Shown: positions 37,687 through 48,202 of the stretch, piece after piece
Layout of the letters: the number at the start of each line of letters is the position of its first letter
Position numbering within the stretch: position 1 is the stretch's first letter
Assembly: GCA_037446635.1 (NCBI GenBank)
Contig: JBBIIG010000002.1
Span: 96,001 to 160,000, forward strand
Source of the DNA: a bacterium
GTDB taxonomy: Bacteria > Zhuqueibacterota > Zhuqueibacteria > Oceanimicrobiales > Oceanimicrobiaceae
Reading direction: 5' to 3'
DNA length: 64,000 nt
Notes under the pieces: generated by a model
The model's database searches: none
Told to the model about the DNA's origin: nothing
What the model saw: only the letters and a program-made list of their open reading frames with translations
Program-made: the position numbers and the translations under genes

Positions 37687-38598
37687 TTATTTCCGGCCCG
37701 TTACCACGCGTTCGATGTCATTCAAATCTGCCGCCGCCTGAATTTGCGAAAGCCCGCTTTTCGCAAAAATTTCTGCAACGGCTTGCGCTTGCCCCATTCC
37801 CACTTCGACGGCTACGAACCCGCCATGATTCAAAATCATAGGCGCGGTCGCCGCAATTTGCCGATAAAAATTCAGACCGTCGGCGCCATCTTTTAGGGCA
37901 GCGCGCGGCTCAAAATCTCGGACTTCCGGCGGCAAATTCGGATAGTCGGCGTCGGAGATGTACGGCGGATTCGAGACGATAACATCGAACGTGTTCTGAA
38001 ATTCATGCAACCAATTATTTGTCGGATACCGATCCGCTTCGCGGAAGAAGAAGTCAAGCTTGCGGAATTCGATTTGCTCGGAAACCTCATTCAAACGCGC
38101 GTTTTCGGCGGCGGTCGTTACGGCTGCCTCCGAAACATCGATGGCAGTAAAACGCGCGTTCGGCAAATGTTTCGCCAGCGAAATTGCAATACACCCGGAG
38201 CCGGTGCCAATATCCAAAATATTAATTTTTTCTGCCGGGCTATTTTTCTCGCGGCATTTTTGCAAAACCGTTTCCACCAAAATTTCCGTTTCCGGGCGCG
38301 GAATCAAAACGTTGGGGGTAACTCGAAAACGCAGCGAGAAAAATTCTGTTTCGCCCAAAATGTATTGCAGCGGCTCGTGCTGCAAGCGCCGTTTTAGAAA
38401 TCCCTTAAATCGAGCGAGTTCATCATCTGCCAACGGGCGTTCGTAATTCAAGTACAAATCCACGCGCTTCAAATTCAAAGTATGCCCCAGCAAACGTTCG
38501 GCGTTCAAGCGGGAATTCTCGAACCCTTTTTCGCTCAGGTACTCGGAACTCCAATTGAGCAATTCGAGGACGTTCCAGGTTTTGGTGGATTTGGACAT
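37687..38598 (-). CDS. prmC: Release factor glutamine methyltransferase
   Basis: EPLQYILG, LIPRPETE, LDIGTGSGCI, SNPPY. Confidence 0.95.
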   Translation of the reverse strand: MSKSTKTWNVLELLNWSSEYLSEKGFENSRLNAERLLGHTLNLKRVDLYLNYERPLADDELARFKGFLKRRLQHEPLQYILGETEFFSLRFRVTPNVLIPRPETEILVETVLQKCREKNSPAEKINILDIGTGSGCIAISLAKHLPNARFTAIDVSEAAVTTAAENARLNEVSEQIEFRKLDFFFREADRYPTNNWLHEFQNTFDVIVSNPPYISDADYPNLPPEVRDFEPRAALKDGADGLNFYRQIAATAPMILNHGGFVAVEVGMGQAQAVAEIFAKSGLSQIQAAADLNDIERVVTGRK

Positions 38599-38599
38599 A

Positions 38600-38902
38600 T
38601 TATTTTAACTTGATTCTATCTTTCCAGTAACCAGGCCTTCGATGAAGATGCATTACGGCAACCAGGTGTATTGCTTTGTGATGATTTTCATACAGAAGGC
38701 CGAAAGGGAAATTCCGTAGGAGATAGCGTCTAACCCCATCAGAGAATTTCGGCCAGGTGAGAGGAGATTCAGCTATTTTTTCTTTACCTCTATTTACTTC
38801 ATCCAGAAACCTGTCACCAAGTCCATGAGCTTTCGAATTATAATAAAAAGCGGAGACTCGCATTTCTTCAAGTGCTTCGGGATGAAAGATAACAGGCTTC
38901 AT
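38600..38902 (-). CDS. RelE/ParE-family toxin
   Basis: FHPEA..E, LG.RF, RR..L..FPF, AVMH..RRPGYW..R. Confidence 0.85.
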   Translation of the reverse strand: MKPVIFHPEALEEMRVSAFYYNSKAHGLGDRFLDEVNRGKEKIAESPLTWPKFSDGVRRYLLRNFPFGLLYENHHKAIHLVAVMHLHRRPGYWKDRIKLK

Positions 38903-39129
38903 TTAAGTGATTCCCGAACCATACGAATCGCGTCCTCCGCCAATATACCTTTCACTCGGCCTTCTTTGAGTTCATTCGATCTTCTTTTTGCCTCTTGCGC
39001 CCAAGAGGCTTCAATTTCCGAAACCTCCTCCTCATCCAAACTCAAAATCAGTTTGTGAGCGATCTTCGCACGAGCCTCGACCGGCAAGGCCAGTAGTTCG
39101 TCCGAAATTTCTTCAATCGATTCAGTCAT
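38899..39129 (-). CDS. Addiction-module antitoxin (TIGR02574-like)
   Basis: L.LP...RA.IA..LI.SLD, W..EA.RR; ATGA overlap with the toxin. Confidence 0.85.
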   Translation of the reverse strand: MTESIEEISDELLALPVEARAKIAHKLILSLDEEEVSEIEASWAQEAKRRSNELKEGRVKGILAEDAIRMVRESLK

Positions 39130-39180
39130 GGTTCACCTCAACTTTTGTTATGTATATGCCATTTTTAGGCATTAAATAAA

Positions 39181-40248
39181 TCATCCCGCCTTCTTCAACA
39201 TCTCCGCCTGATCCGCCAAACGCAGTTGCTCGATCACCTCGTCGAGATCGCCGTCGATGATATCGTCGAGGCGGTAGAGGGTCAACCCGATGCGATGATC
39301 CGTGAGGCGGCCTTGCGGGAAGTTGTAAGTGCGAATCTTGGCGCTGCGATCGCCGGTGCTGATCATCGAGCGCCGGCTGGCGGCCAATTTTTCCTGCTCC
39401 TCGCGCTGTTTTTTTTCCAGCAGCCGCGACTTCAAAACTTTGATGGCTTTGTTTTTGTTTTTGAGCTGCGATTTTTCATCCTGGCAGGTCACCACCATGC
39501 CAGTGGGCAAATGCGTAACACGCACGGCCGAGTCCGTGGTGTTGACGCTCTGGCCGCCGGGGCCGGAGGAACGAAAGACGTCGATTTTCAAATCGTTGGG
39601 GTCGATTTCGATTTCAATTTCTTCGGCCTCCGGCAGCACCGCCACCGAGGCCGCTGAAGTGTGAATGCGGCCGCTGGCTTCGGTTTTGGGCACGCGCTGC
39701 ACGCGATGAACGCCGCTTTCGTATTTCATAATGCCGTAGGCGTTGTCGCCCACCAGCATAAAAATGATTTCTTTGAATCCGCCCACGCCCTGCGGGCTCA
39801 TGCTAAGCAGCTCGACCTTCCAGCCTTTTTTTTCAGCGTAGTGAAGGTACATGCGGTAAAGATCGCCAGCAAAGAGTCCGGCTTCGTCGCCGCCGGTGCC
39901 GGCGCGAATTTCGACGATGGCGTTTTTGGCGTCGTTGGGGTCTTTCGGCAAAATCAAATACTTCAGTTCGTCTTCCAGGGCCGACTTTTTTTCGCGCAAT
40001 TCTTCCAGCTCAGCCTGCGCCAACTCGCGCAGCTCTTTGTCGCTCTCGTCGCGCAAAACGGCTTCGTCATCTGCCATTCTTTTTAACAGCGATTTGTATT
40101 CGCGGTATTTCTCAATTGTTTTCTCAAGGCTGCTTTTCTCTTTAGAAATGCTTCGAATTTTTGAGGGATCCTGCATGAACGCGGGATCCATCATCAAAGA
40201 ATTGAGCTCTTCGTAGCGCGCGGATATTTTTTCCAACTTATCTAACAT
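39181..40248 (-). CDS. prfA: Peptide chain release factor 1
   Basis: PKT anticodon-mimic motif, [13 protein letters not shown]. Confidence 0.96.
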   Translation of the reverse strand: MLDKLEKISARYEELNSLMMDPAFMQDPSKIRSISKEKSSLEKTIEKYREYKSLLKRMADDEAVLRDESDKELRELAQAELEELREKKSALEDELKYLILPKDPNDAKNAIVEIRAGTGGDEAGLFAGDLYRMYLHYAEKKGWKVELLSMSPQGVGGFKEIIFMLVGDNAYGIMKYESGVHRVQRVPKTEASGRIHTSAASVAVLPEAEEIEIEIDPNDLKIDVFRSSGPGGQSVNTTDSAVRVTHLPTGMVVTCQDEKSQLKNKNKAIKVLKSRLLEKKQREEQEKLAASRRSMISTGDRSAKIRTYNFPQGRLTDHRIGLTLYRLDDIIDGDLDEVIEQLRLADQAEMLKKAG

Positions 40249-40271
40249 CCAATACTCCGAGAAAACATGCA

Positions 40272-41243
40272 TTACAAACGTTGATACTGCATCGCATCCT
40301 GATTTTCAAAAACGACGTCAGCGTGGCCGGAAACGTCCATTTTCAGGGCGCATTTCAGGGCGACGATCGCGACTTCCAATTGGCTCTCGTCCGGTTCTTT
40401 GGTGGTTAAACGCTGCAGCCACAGGCCCGGCGCGATGAACGGCTTCCAGAAATGAATGCGCGAGCCGGCGTCGGAGAGGCGGATGAGTTCATAAGAAATG
40501 CCGCCGATGAGGGGGATGAACGCCAGCCGCAGCAAGCGATCGCCGACGTCGGCTGGTTTACCCAAAAACATAAACACAAAGATGCTGACGATCATAACAA
40601 TCAACAAAAAGCTGGTGCCGCAGCGGGGGTGAAAGCGGGTGAAGCTGCGGGCGACCGTTGGCGTCAATTGTTTTTTGTTCTCGAATGCAAAAATACTTTT
40701 GTGCTCGGCGCCGTGATATTCAAAAATGCGGCGAATGTCCTTCATTAAAGTAATGGCAAATAAATACAAAAGAAAAATCGCCAGCCGCAAAACGCCATCC
40801 ACTAAATTGAAGATGACGCCGGATCTCGCGCCTAAAAGTTCGGTCAGCAGCAGGGGCACATAAAAGAAGATGAACAAACCAACCGCAAATGAAAAAATCA
40901 CAGTGGCGCCGAACCATAATTTCGACCACAGATTTTTTTCTGCCGAGGGCTGGGAATTCGCGGCATTCTCCGGGTCTTTGCTCCTTTCGTCTTCCATCAT
41001 CACGTCGCCGGAAAAAGACAGCGCCGTGATTCCCAAAACCAGCGATTCAATCAAAACCACGGCGCCGCGCAGCAGCGGAAGCGAAAGCGGGCGAAAGCGT
41101 TTCACAAAGGACACGAACGGTTTTCGGCGAACGAATATGCTGCCGTCCTGCCTTCGCACCGCCACGGCGTAGGTATCGTGGGAGCGCATCAGCACGCCTT
41201 CGATGACCGCTTGCCCGCCAACTTGTATCGTGGATTTCGACAT
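40272..41243 (-). CDS. DUF1385 membrane protein
   Basis: [31 protein letters not shown]. Confidence 0.92.
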   Translation of the reverse strand: MSKSTIQVGGQAVIEGVLMRSHDTYAVAVRRQDGSIFVRRKPFVSFVKRFRPLSLPLLRGAVVLIESLVLGITALSFSGDVMMEDERSKDPENAANSQPSAEKNLWSKLWFGATVIFSFAVGLFIFFYVPLLLTELLGARSGVIFNLVDGVLRLAIFLLYLFAITLMKDIRRIFEYHGAEHKSIFAFENKKQLTPTVARSFTRFHPRCGTSFLLIVMIVSIFVFMFLGKPADVGDRLLRLAFIPLIGGISYELIRLSDAGSRIHFWKPFIAPGLWLQRLTTKEPDESQLEVAIVALKCALKMDVSGHADVVFENQDAMQYQRL

Positions 41244-41320
41244 GTTGAATGCTCATAAAAAAACGGAATGTATCCCGCCCCCAGCGGAACGCATCCCGTT
41301 TCTAAATTGTCAAAGCTCAG

Positions 41321-41554
41321 TTAAGCGTTTTCGGCGGCGGCCGTTTCTTGGGTTTTCTTTTTGCCGTACTTGAGATTGAATTTCTCCACTCGTCCGGCGG
41401 AGTCCACCAATTTTTGCTTGCCGGTGAAAAATGGGTGGCAGTTGGAGCAGATTTCCACTCGCAGATCGCCCACGGTGGAACGCACTTGAAAAGTGTTGCC
41501 GCACGCGCAAGTTACGGTTCCAACTTTGTATTGGGGATGAATCTTTTGTTTCAC
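41321..41554 (-). CDS. rpmE: 50S ribosomal protein L31 (Zn-binding type)
   Basis: [30 protein letters not shown] start. Confidence 0.96.
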   Translation of the reverse strand: MKQKIHPQYKVGTVTCACGNTFQVRSTVGDLRVEICSNCHPFFTGKQKLVDSAGRVEKFNLKYGKKKTQETAAAENA

Positions 41555-41604
41555 GAAAGCTCCCTTCTGGATTTTAGCTTCCAACATTAAAAAATAACGC
41601 GCTA

Positions 41605-41633
41605 AATATAGCCAAACGTCGAGTTAAATGCAA
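41605..41633 (-). promoter_or_regulatory. Sigma-70 promoter for rpmE
   Basis: Minus strand TTGCAT-N17-TATATT. Confidence 0.55.
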
Positions 41634-41658
41634 GGGAATTTCTCCGACCCTGTCCAGC

Positions 41659-42906
41659 TCAGGCGTTCATGGATTCCAGAAAATCGCGGTTGTTTTTGCT
41701 GCCGCGCATGCGTTCCAAAAGAAATTCCATGGCTTCAACCGGATTCAACTCAGCGAGGAATTTGCGCAAAATCCACACGCGATTCAGCTCGAATTCGTCC
41801 AATAACAATTCTTCTTTGCGGGTGCCGGATTTGTTGACGTCGATGGCGGGGAAAATGCGGCGGTCGGAGAGCCGGCGATCGAGCTGCAATTCCATGTTGC
41901 CGGTGCCTTTGAATTCTTCGAAGATGACTTCATCCATGCGGCTGCCGGTGTCGATGAGCGCGGTGGCGATGATGGTGAGGCTGCCGCCTTCTTCGATGTT
42001 GCGGGCGGAGCCGAAGAAGCGCTTGGGGCGCTCGAGGGCGGTGGCGTCCAAACCGCCGGAGAGGATTTTGCCGCTGTGCGGGACCACGGCGTTGTGGGCA
42101 CGCGCCAGGCGGGTGATGCTGTCCAATAGAATTACCACGTCCTGGCCGTATTCCACCAAGCGCTTGGCTTTTTCCAAAACCATGTCGGCCACCTGCACAT
42201 GGCGATCGGGCGGCTCGTCAAAAGTGGAGCTGATGACCTCCGCCTTCACCGAGCGCTCCATGTCGGTCACTTCTTCGGGGCGCTCGTCGATGAGCAGAAC
42301 GATCATTTTAATTTCCGGATGATTCTGTGTGATGGCGTTGGCAATTTTTTGCAGCAGAATGGTCTTGCCGGTTTTAGGTTGAGCGACGATTAAACCGCGC
42401 TGGCCTTTGCCAATGGGAGTGAGCAAATTCATGACGCGGGTGGAATAATCTTTACTGTTGTGTTCGAGATTGACTTTTTTGTTGGGATAAAGGGGCGTGA
42501 GGTTGTCGAAAAGAATTTTCTTCTTGGCTTCTTCGGGATTCTCAAAGTTGACGGCCTCAACTTTCAGCAGGGCGAAGAAGCGCTCGCCTTCCTTGGGCGG
42601 TCGGATTTGCCCGGAGACGGTGTCGCCGGTTCGCAGGCCGAATCTTTTAATTTGCGACGGCGAAACGTAAATATCGTCCGGGCCGGGCAGGTAGTTGTAA
42701 TCCGTCGAACGCAAAAAGCCGTAGCCGTCCGGCAGCACTTCCAAAACGCCCTCGGCGAATATCAAGCCCTCCTGTTTGGTCTGTTCTTCGAGAATGCGGA
42801 AAATCAGCTCCTGCTTTCTCAGACCGGTGGCGCCCGGTACGTTCAGCTCCTGCGCCATTTTGGTGAGCTCAGAAATTTTTTTGTTTTTGAGTTCTACGAT
42901 CTCCAT
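41659..42906 (-). CDS. rho: Transcription termination factor Rho
   Basis: [37 protein letters not shown]. Confidence 0.98.
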   Translation of the reverse strand: MEIVELKNKKISELTKMAQELNVPGATGLRKQELIFRILEEQTKQEGLIFAEGVLEVLPDGYGFLRSTDYNYLPGPDDIYVSPSQIKRFGLRTGDTVSGQIRPPKEGERFFALLKVEAVNFENPEEAKKKILFDNLTPLYPNKKVNLEHNSKDYSTRVMNLLTPIGKGQRGLIVAQPKTGKTILLQKIANAITQNHPEIKMIVLLIDERPEEVTDMERSVKAEVISSTFDEPPDRHVQVADMVLEKAKRLVEYGQDVVILLDSITRLARAHNAVVPHSGKILSGGLDATALERPKRFFGSARNIEEGGSLTIIATALIDTGSRMDEVIFEEFKGTGNMELQLDRRLSDRRIFPAIDVNKSGTRKEELLLDEFELNRVWILRKFLAELNPVEAMEFLLERMRGSKNNRDFLESMNA

Positions 42907-43235
42907 GTGAATTCCTCGAATTTAAATTTAAAATTTAAGTTGTATTTATAACACTGCAAGTAGTCTTCAGTGAAGGAAATGCCAAAAAGTGACCAAATTC
43001 GCGGGAGGACAAGGCAAGCCCAAATCTTCCCAAAATTGATAGTGGATCGAACTAAAAAAATGCTTAGGAGAAAATTGATGCTTAAAGGTTATGCTTATAC
43101 TTCGTGATCTGAATTGAAAATTTAATCAAAATCTATTCAAGAACTCTGTGGGCCACATCGACAAGATTATGTTTAAACGAAATTGGGGATTAATTGCTGG
43201 GATCTCAAATTGGCCGGCTATAAAATAACGGAGGC

Positions 43236-43264
43236 AATTTATAAAAATATAGTTTCTTTGTCAA
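43236..43264 (-). promoter_or_regulatory. Probable rho promoter overlapping the folC stop
   Basis: Minus strand TTGACA-N17-TAAATT. Confidence 0.5.
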
Positions 43265-44532
43265 GCTTTTTTATAAAATTTTAGAAAATCGCCAACCAGA
43301 TAGTGCGAGCCGGTCACACAAATCAAATCCGTTTCTCGGGCCACATGCGTTGCCTTCTCAAACGCGCGCTCAACTTTTGTAAAAACTGCCCAGCGGCTGG
43401 TGTAACGGGCAAGCGCGCGCGCAAATTCTTCGGCGGGCAGCGCTCGCTCCGAGCTGGGTGTCACCACCGCGATGAAATCCGCGTGCTTCGCAATCAGCTT
43501 GGAGATGGCTTGGTAATCTTTGTCCCGCAATAAACCGATGACCAAAATTAAGCGATCGTTTTCATACTGCTGCAACGAACGCAGCAGCGCTCTTATTCCC
43601 GCCGGATTGTGCGCCACATCGATAATAACTTTGGGCGAATCTTGCAGCTTTTGCAAGCGCGCCGGCCACGCAACGGCCTGCAAGCCGCGGTGGAGGGCTT
43701 GTTCCTCTAAAAAAATATTTTGCGTTCGCAGTACTTCCGCGGCGCTTACCGCCAGCGCAGCGTTTTTTATTTGATGATCGCCAGTGAGCGACAGTTTCAA
43801 ATTATTGAAGCGCCGGCCCGCAAAAATCAAATCAAACTCGCTGTCGGTTTCTGAGGAGCGGAGGTTTCGGATTTGGCAAATTTCTTTCGTAACATAAAAC
43901 GGCGCCGACTGATTAGCACACGCCGCGCGCAGCACCTCATTGACCTTTTTTTTGTTGGAGCCGGAAAGACAGGGAACAGCAGCTTTGATGATGCCCGCTT
44001 TTTCTTTGGTGATCTGCGCAATCGTACGCCCTAAATGATCGGTATGATCGAGATCGATTTCGGTGATGAGACTCACTTGCGGAACGATGACATTGGTGGC
44101 GTCGAATCGCCCACCCAATCCCACCTCGATGAAAGCGAGATCCACTTGCTCGTCGGCGAAATATTGAAACGCGATGGCGGTCAGCGCTTCGAAGTAGGTG
44201 CAATTGATGCGCTGCATTCGTTCGCGATTTCGCTCGAGGTAGTGGGCTAATAAGGTTTTCGGGATATCGGCTCCATTCACTTTGATGCGCTCGGTGACCT
44301 CCACTAAATGCGGCGAGGTATAGAGCCCGGTCTTAAACCCTCCGGCGCGAAACATGGATTCCAACATGGCGGCGGTGGAGCCTTTGCCATTGGTGCCCGC
44401 AATGTGCACGCTTTTGAATTCCAGATATGGGTTGCCCATCTGCTGCAACAACCCAGTGATCGCGTCCAGACCCAATCGCCAGCCAAACTGTAGCAGGCTA
44501 TTCAAGAATTGGAATGTATCATAATTGGACAT
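43261..44532 (-). CDS. folC: Folylpolyglutamate synthase/dihydrofolate synthase
   Basis: HIAGTNGKGS, YTSPH, EVGLGGRFDATN, DVAHNP. Confidence 0.95.
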   Translation of the reverse strand: MSNYDTFQFLNSLLQFGWRLGLDAITGLLQQMGNPYLEFKSVHIAGTNGKGSTAAMLESMFRAGGFKTGLYTSPHLVEVTERIKVNGADIPKTLLAHYLERNRERMQRINCTYFEALTAIAFQYFADEQVDLAFIEVGLGGRFDATNVIVPQVSLITEIDLDHTDHLGRTIAQITKEKAGIIKAAVPCLSGSNKKKVNEVLRAACANQSAPFYVTKEICQIRNLRSSETDSEFDLIFAGRRFNNLKLSLTGDHQIKNAALAVSAAEVLRTQNIFLEEQALHRGLQAVAWPARLQKLQDSPKVIIDVAHNPAGIRALLRSLQQYENDRLILVIGLLRDKDYQAISKLIAKHADFIAVVTPSSERALPAEEFARALARYTSRWAVFTKVERAFEKATHVARETDLICVTGSHYLVGDFLKFYKKA

Positions 44533-44549
44533 ATTGGATACAATTACTA

Positions 44550-44586
44550 TGCAAATTCTTACCTAAAATTTAGGTAAGAATTTGCA
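44550..44586. repeat. Perfect 37-bp palindrome
   Basis: TGCAAATTCTTACCTAAA-A-TTTAGGTAAGAATTTGCA. Confidence 0.85.
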
Positions 44587-44758
44587 CGCGCGACGTCCTC
44601 ATGTTCTGATAAAATTAGTTTTAAAAAAAATAGGGATTTATATTTCTCTTTCGTTATTATCTTAAAGGCTATTTTATTTCAATTTACATCGTGGCCAGTC
44701 TAAACAATCCTACCGTCCAATTTAGTCCTTTAGCGAGAGATAAGCAGCGCAAGCTGCA

Positions 44759-44774
44759 TGGCATATATTTTGCA
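44759..44774 (+). promoter_or_regulatory. Sigma-54 promoter for the TonB-dependent receptor
   Basis: TGGCATATATTTTGCA = GG-N10-GC. Confidence 0.65.
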
Positions 44775-44838
44775 AAATTTGCGAGCAAAATTATCGGCTA
44801 AAATTCAAATTTAAATACATAATCCAAGGCGAGCACGT

Positions 44839-47337
44839 TTGTACTCCGTTCTCCAGAAATTTTCGTCCCTAATTTTGTTCATCATGCTTGGTGCAAGTAC
44901 GGCGCACGCCGGCATCACCGGCACCATTTCCGGCAAAGTTCGCGATAAGGAAACGAACACCGTGCTGCCGGGCGCCGCCATCATCGTGGAGGGGACGACG
45001 ATGGGCGCAATGGCGGACAAGAACGGCTTTTACATGATTCACAATTTGCCGGCCGGCGCCTACGACGTCAGCGTCAGCATGATTGGTTATTCCAAGCTCA
45101 CCATCAAGAACGTCAAAATCAACGTCGATCTGAACACCGAATTAAACTTCTATTTGACCACCCGGGTTTTGCCGCTGGAAGAAGTGGTGGTCACCCAAAA
45201 TCGCCAACTCATCCAAAGCGAAATAACTTCTTCCACCTATTTTATATCCGGCGAAGAAATTAACCAGCGCCTGCCGATTGACTCTTACCGGGATGCGATT
45301 TCACTTTTGCCGGGCAACGTGGGCAACCACTTTCGCGGCGGCCGCGAAACCGACGTCACCTACATGCTCGATGGCCTGCCCATTCAGAGCGGACTTTCCC
45401 GGGAAATCTCCAGCTATTTTCCCAATAGCTCCATCGTGGAAATGATGGTGCAGACCGGCGGCTTCACCGCCGAGTACGGCCAGGCTTCTTCAGGCATCGT
45501 CAATGTGGTAACCAAAGACGGAAAAAACAAAGTTGAAGGCGGCATCAAAATTTATTCCGATTTCTTCGATACCGGCATCACCGGCAACGACAACACCCGC
45601 CGCCTCGATTTCAGCCTCGGCGGTCCGCTGACGATGGATTTAGGCGGCCCCCTCATCAACGCCAACTATTTTATCTCCGCTGACCTTAACTTGAGCGACA
45701 CGCCCGATCGTGAGCAATTACGGAAATCCTTCGGCTCGCCGATTTTCAAAAACTATAACATCAATTCCAAGCTGTCATTTGATATTGGCGCCAACACTAT
45801 GCTCACGTTTCAAGGGCTGCTCTCCAATTGGAGCTGGCGCCGTTTCGATCCGCAATGGGAACTCAATGTGGGCGGTCTGGCGGAAAACCGCCATTACAGC
45901 CATCGCCTCAGCGCCTCGATCACTCACACCTTTAGCTCGCGGGTCTTCGCCTCGCTGCGCTTCGCCAATTACGCCTATAAACGATCGGTGTTAGGCGAAT
46001 TTGGCGACCCCGAAAACGATCTGGTTTTTGAAACTCCCGCCGATCCCAGCACCCGCGTCATCCGCGGCGAACAACCCTGGGAAGAAGATACTCGAGAACG
46101 CATCAACCTTCTCAAGTTTGACCTGGTGGGGCAGCTGGGCTCGAATCATCTCATCAAAGCGGGAGTCGATTATCAAGATTACCAGCTTGATTCCGAAATT
46201 GAACGTTTCGATCCCATCTTTGGCCTGAACACCCAAACCCGCATTGCAGCCATCACCACCAAAAATAAATTTCACTACACCCCAAAATTCTTTGGGTTTT
46301 ACATTCAGGACAAAGTCGAGCTTGGCGGCGTGATTGCCAACCTCGGGTTGCGTTACGATGTGTTCGCGCCAACCATCACCATCGCCGAGCCGCCGCTGGA
46401 GTTTGAAATTCTGCGAACACAATTAGGGGCGCCGCCAAGCAGCGTTCAATCGATCGACCACACCCCGATCTCGCCGAGATTGGGCGTCGCCATTCCACTC
46501 TCGCATAACGAGCGCCTGCACGCCAATTACGGCTGGTATTATCAAATGCCGCCGCTTTATTATCTCTATTCGAACGCGGAGCATCAACTCAACGGCCGGC
46601 TGCCCATCATCGGCAACGTCGATTTGGAACCCATCAAAACCACTTCCGCCGAATTCAGCTACAAACGCCTGGTGTCCGACGACTTCCTGTTTGTGTTCAC
46701 CGGCTTCACCAAGCGATTCAGAAATTTGATCGACACCGAAACCTTCCTGGCCGACACGCTGAGCGGAGACAACACGACCCCCATCGGTTTCAGCCGCTAT
46801 TCCAATTCGGCCTTTGGGAAAGCCTCCGGCTTCGAAGTGACTCTGCAAAAGCGGTTTAATCAAAACCTCTCCGGCCGAGTCAGCTACACCTACATGAAAG
46901 CCACCGGCTCCAGTTCCACCGCCGAAGACGAGCTCAAGCTGGCCATCGCCGGCGCGGCGGTGGAAAAACGCGAATTTCCTTTGAGCTGGGATCAACGGCA
47001 TTCCATTATCGTGGACGCTAATTATGAAACCCGCCAAATGCAACTGAGCGTCCTCTATCGCTTGTTCAGCCCGCTGCCGTTTACCACCCCCGGCAGTCTT
47101 ACCCCCAACGATGCCCGAATGTCGTGGCGAAATATTCTCGACGTCAAAATCAGTTTTAAAAACAGGCATCTTTTGCAAGGCAAGTTTACGCCATTTTTTG
47201 AAATCCGCAATATTTTAGATCAAAACAACTTTGTGAGCCAACCGGACGATTTCGGCGCGCGCGCCTACAGCCTCTTCGATCCCATCAACTCCTATTCCGG
47301 AAGACGATTGCGATTCGGAGTCTCGTTAGATTTTTAA
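44839..47337 (+). CDS. TonB-dependent receptor with N-terminal CarboxypepD-like domain
   Basis: G.ISGKV.D, RGGR, GGF.AEYG..SSGIVN, GLRYD, SPRLG, WDQRH, terminal Phe. Confidence 0.92.
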   Translation: MYSVLQKFSSLILFIMLGASTAHAGITGTISGKVRDKETNTVLPGAAIIVEGTTMGAMADKNGFYMIHNLPAGAYDVSVSMIGYSKLTIKNVKINVDLNTELNFYLTTRVLPLEEVVVTQNRQLIQSEITSSTYFISGEEINQRLPIDSYRDAISLLPGNVGNHFRGGRETDVTYMLDGLPIQSGLSREISSYFPNSSIVEMMVQTGGFTAEYGQASSGIVNVVTKDGKNKVEGGIKIYSDFFDTGITGNDNTRRLDFSLGGPLTMDLGGPLINANYFISADLNLSDTPDREQLRKSFGSPIFKNYNINSKLSFDIGANTMLTFQGLLSNWSWRRFDPQWELNVGGLAENRHYSHRLSASITHTFSSRVFASLRFANYAYKRSVLGEFGDPENDLVFETPADPSTRVIRGEQPWEEDTRERINLLKFDLVGQLGSNHLIKAGVDYQDYQLDSEIERFDPIFGLNTQTRIAAITTKNKFHYTPKFFGFYIQDKVELGGVIANLGLRYDVFAPTITIAEPPLEFEILRTQLGAPPSSVQSIDHTPISPRLGVAIPLSHNERLHANYGWYYQMPPLYYLYSNAEHQLNGRLPIIGNVDLEPIKTTSAEFSYKRLVSDDFLFVFTGFTKRFRNLIDTETFLADTLSGDNTTPIGFSRYSNSAFGKASGFEVTLQKRFNQNLSGRVSYTYMKATGSSSTAEDELKLAIAGAAVEKREFPLSWDQRHSIIVDANYETRQMQLSVLYRLFSPLPFTTPGSLTPNDARMSWRNILDVKISFKNRHLLQGKFTPFFEIRNILDQNNFVSQPDDFGARAYSLFDPINSYSGRRLRFGVSLDF

Positions 47338-47354
47338 TCGCTATTTTTCAAACC

Positions 47355-47395
47355 AATAAAAAAGCCTGCTGGAAATCCCAACAGGCTTTTTTATT
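47355..47395. terminator. Bidirectional intrinsic terminator
   Basis: AATAAAAAAGCCTG...CAGGCTTTTTTATT between convergent genes. Confidence 0.85.
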
Positions 47396-47417
47396 TTGGG
47401 CTAACCTTGCGAAGGTT

Positions 47418-48044
47418 TTACTTAACGTATTTTTTGAAGCGCGCGTTGATGCGCTCCCAGTGCAGATTGCCCAAAAAATTATCGATGTATTTCGCGCGGC
47501 CCGGACCGTCTTTGTGATAGTAGGCGTGCTCGAAAACATCGCAGGCGATGAGGGGAACGCCGCCCCAAATGGCGCCGTACTGGTGCTCGTCAACCAGCAC
47601 GTTCAAAAGCCGCTGCGAATAGAGGGCGTCGTAAACCAACAAACCCCAACCGCTCAATTTGGCGGCCACGGCGGCGGCTTTGAAATCCGCCTTCCATTTA
47701 TCCACCGAGCCAAAATGTTTTTCGATGGCGGCTTTGATATCCGGCCCTTTGCTAACGTCGCCGTCGCCGCCTAACACTTCCCAATAAACATCGTGCAGCA
47801 GCGCGCCGGCATGATTCCAGGTAAACCGGCGTTTCAGCTCGCCGATCTCGCTCCAATTGCCGTTGGCCGCGGCGGGGTCCGCTTTTTCCAGGCCCTGCTC
47901 GATTTTATTTAAGAAAGTGACGTAACCTTTATGATGGGTATTGTAGTGCCAGTCGGTGGTTTCCGGCGAGACCACATCCTTTAGCAACTTCTTGGCGTCC
48001 TCGTCTGAATATGGTCGCGGATTGAACTTCCATTCGTAGGCCAT
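47418..48044 (-). CDS. Fe/Mn superoxide dismutase
   Basis: HY..HH.GYV, LH..YW, SGW, DVFEHAYY. Confidence 0.92.
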   Translation of the reverse strand: MAYEWKFNPRPYSDEDAKKLLKDVVSPETTDWHYNTHHKGYVTFLNKIEQGLEKADPAAANGNWSEIGELKRRFTWNHAGALLHDVYWEVLGGDGDVSKGPDIKAAIEKHFGSVDKWKADFKAAAVAAKLSGWGLLVYDALYSQRLLNVLVDEHQYGAIWGGVPLIACDVFEHAYYHKDGPGRAKYIDNFLGNLHWERINARFKKYVK

Positions 48045-48202
48045 GTTTATTACCTCCTTATATTGAATTGTGAATGGTTACTGGTTATTCAATAACTTTT
48101 TAATTTAGAAAAAAAATTTTCTAACGCAACCGCAATGATCTTTTTTAAATAGGAAAATGTAGAGCAATGATAAAGCTAATATTGCTCCTCGCGCTACTGC
48201 AC

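Noticed and set aside
36822..37841. 339-aa plus-strand ORF and similar long antisense ORFs (e.g. 2642-3676, 31292-32191)
   Set aside because: Shadows of well-supported genes, expected from codon bias.
44550..44586. dif site or replication origin
   Set aside because: Does not match the 11-6-11 XerC/D layout, and no DnaA-box cluster is visible.
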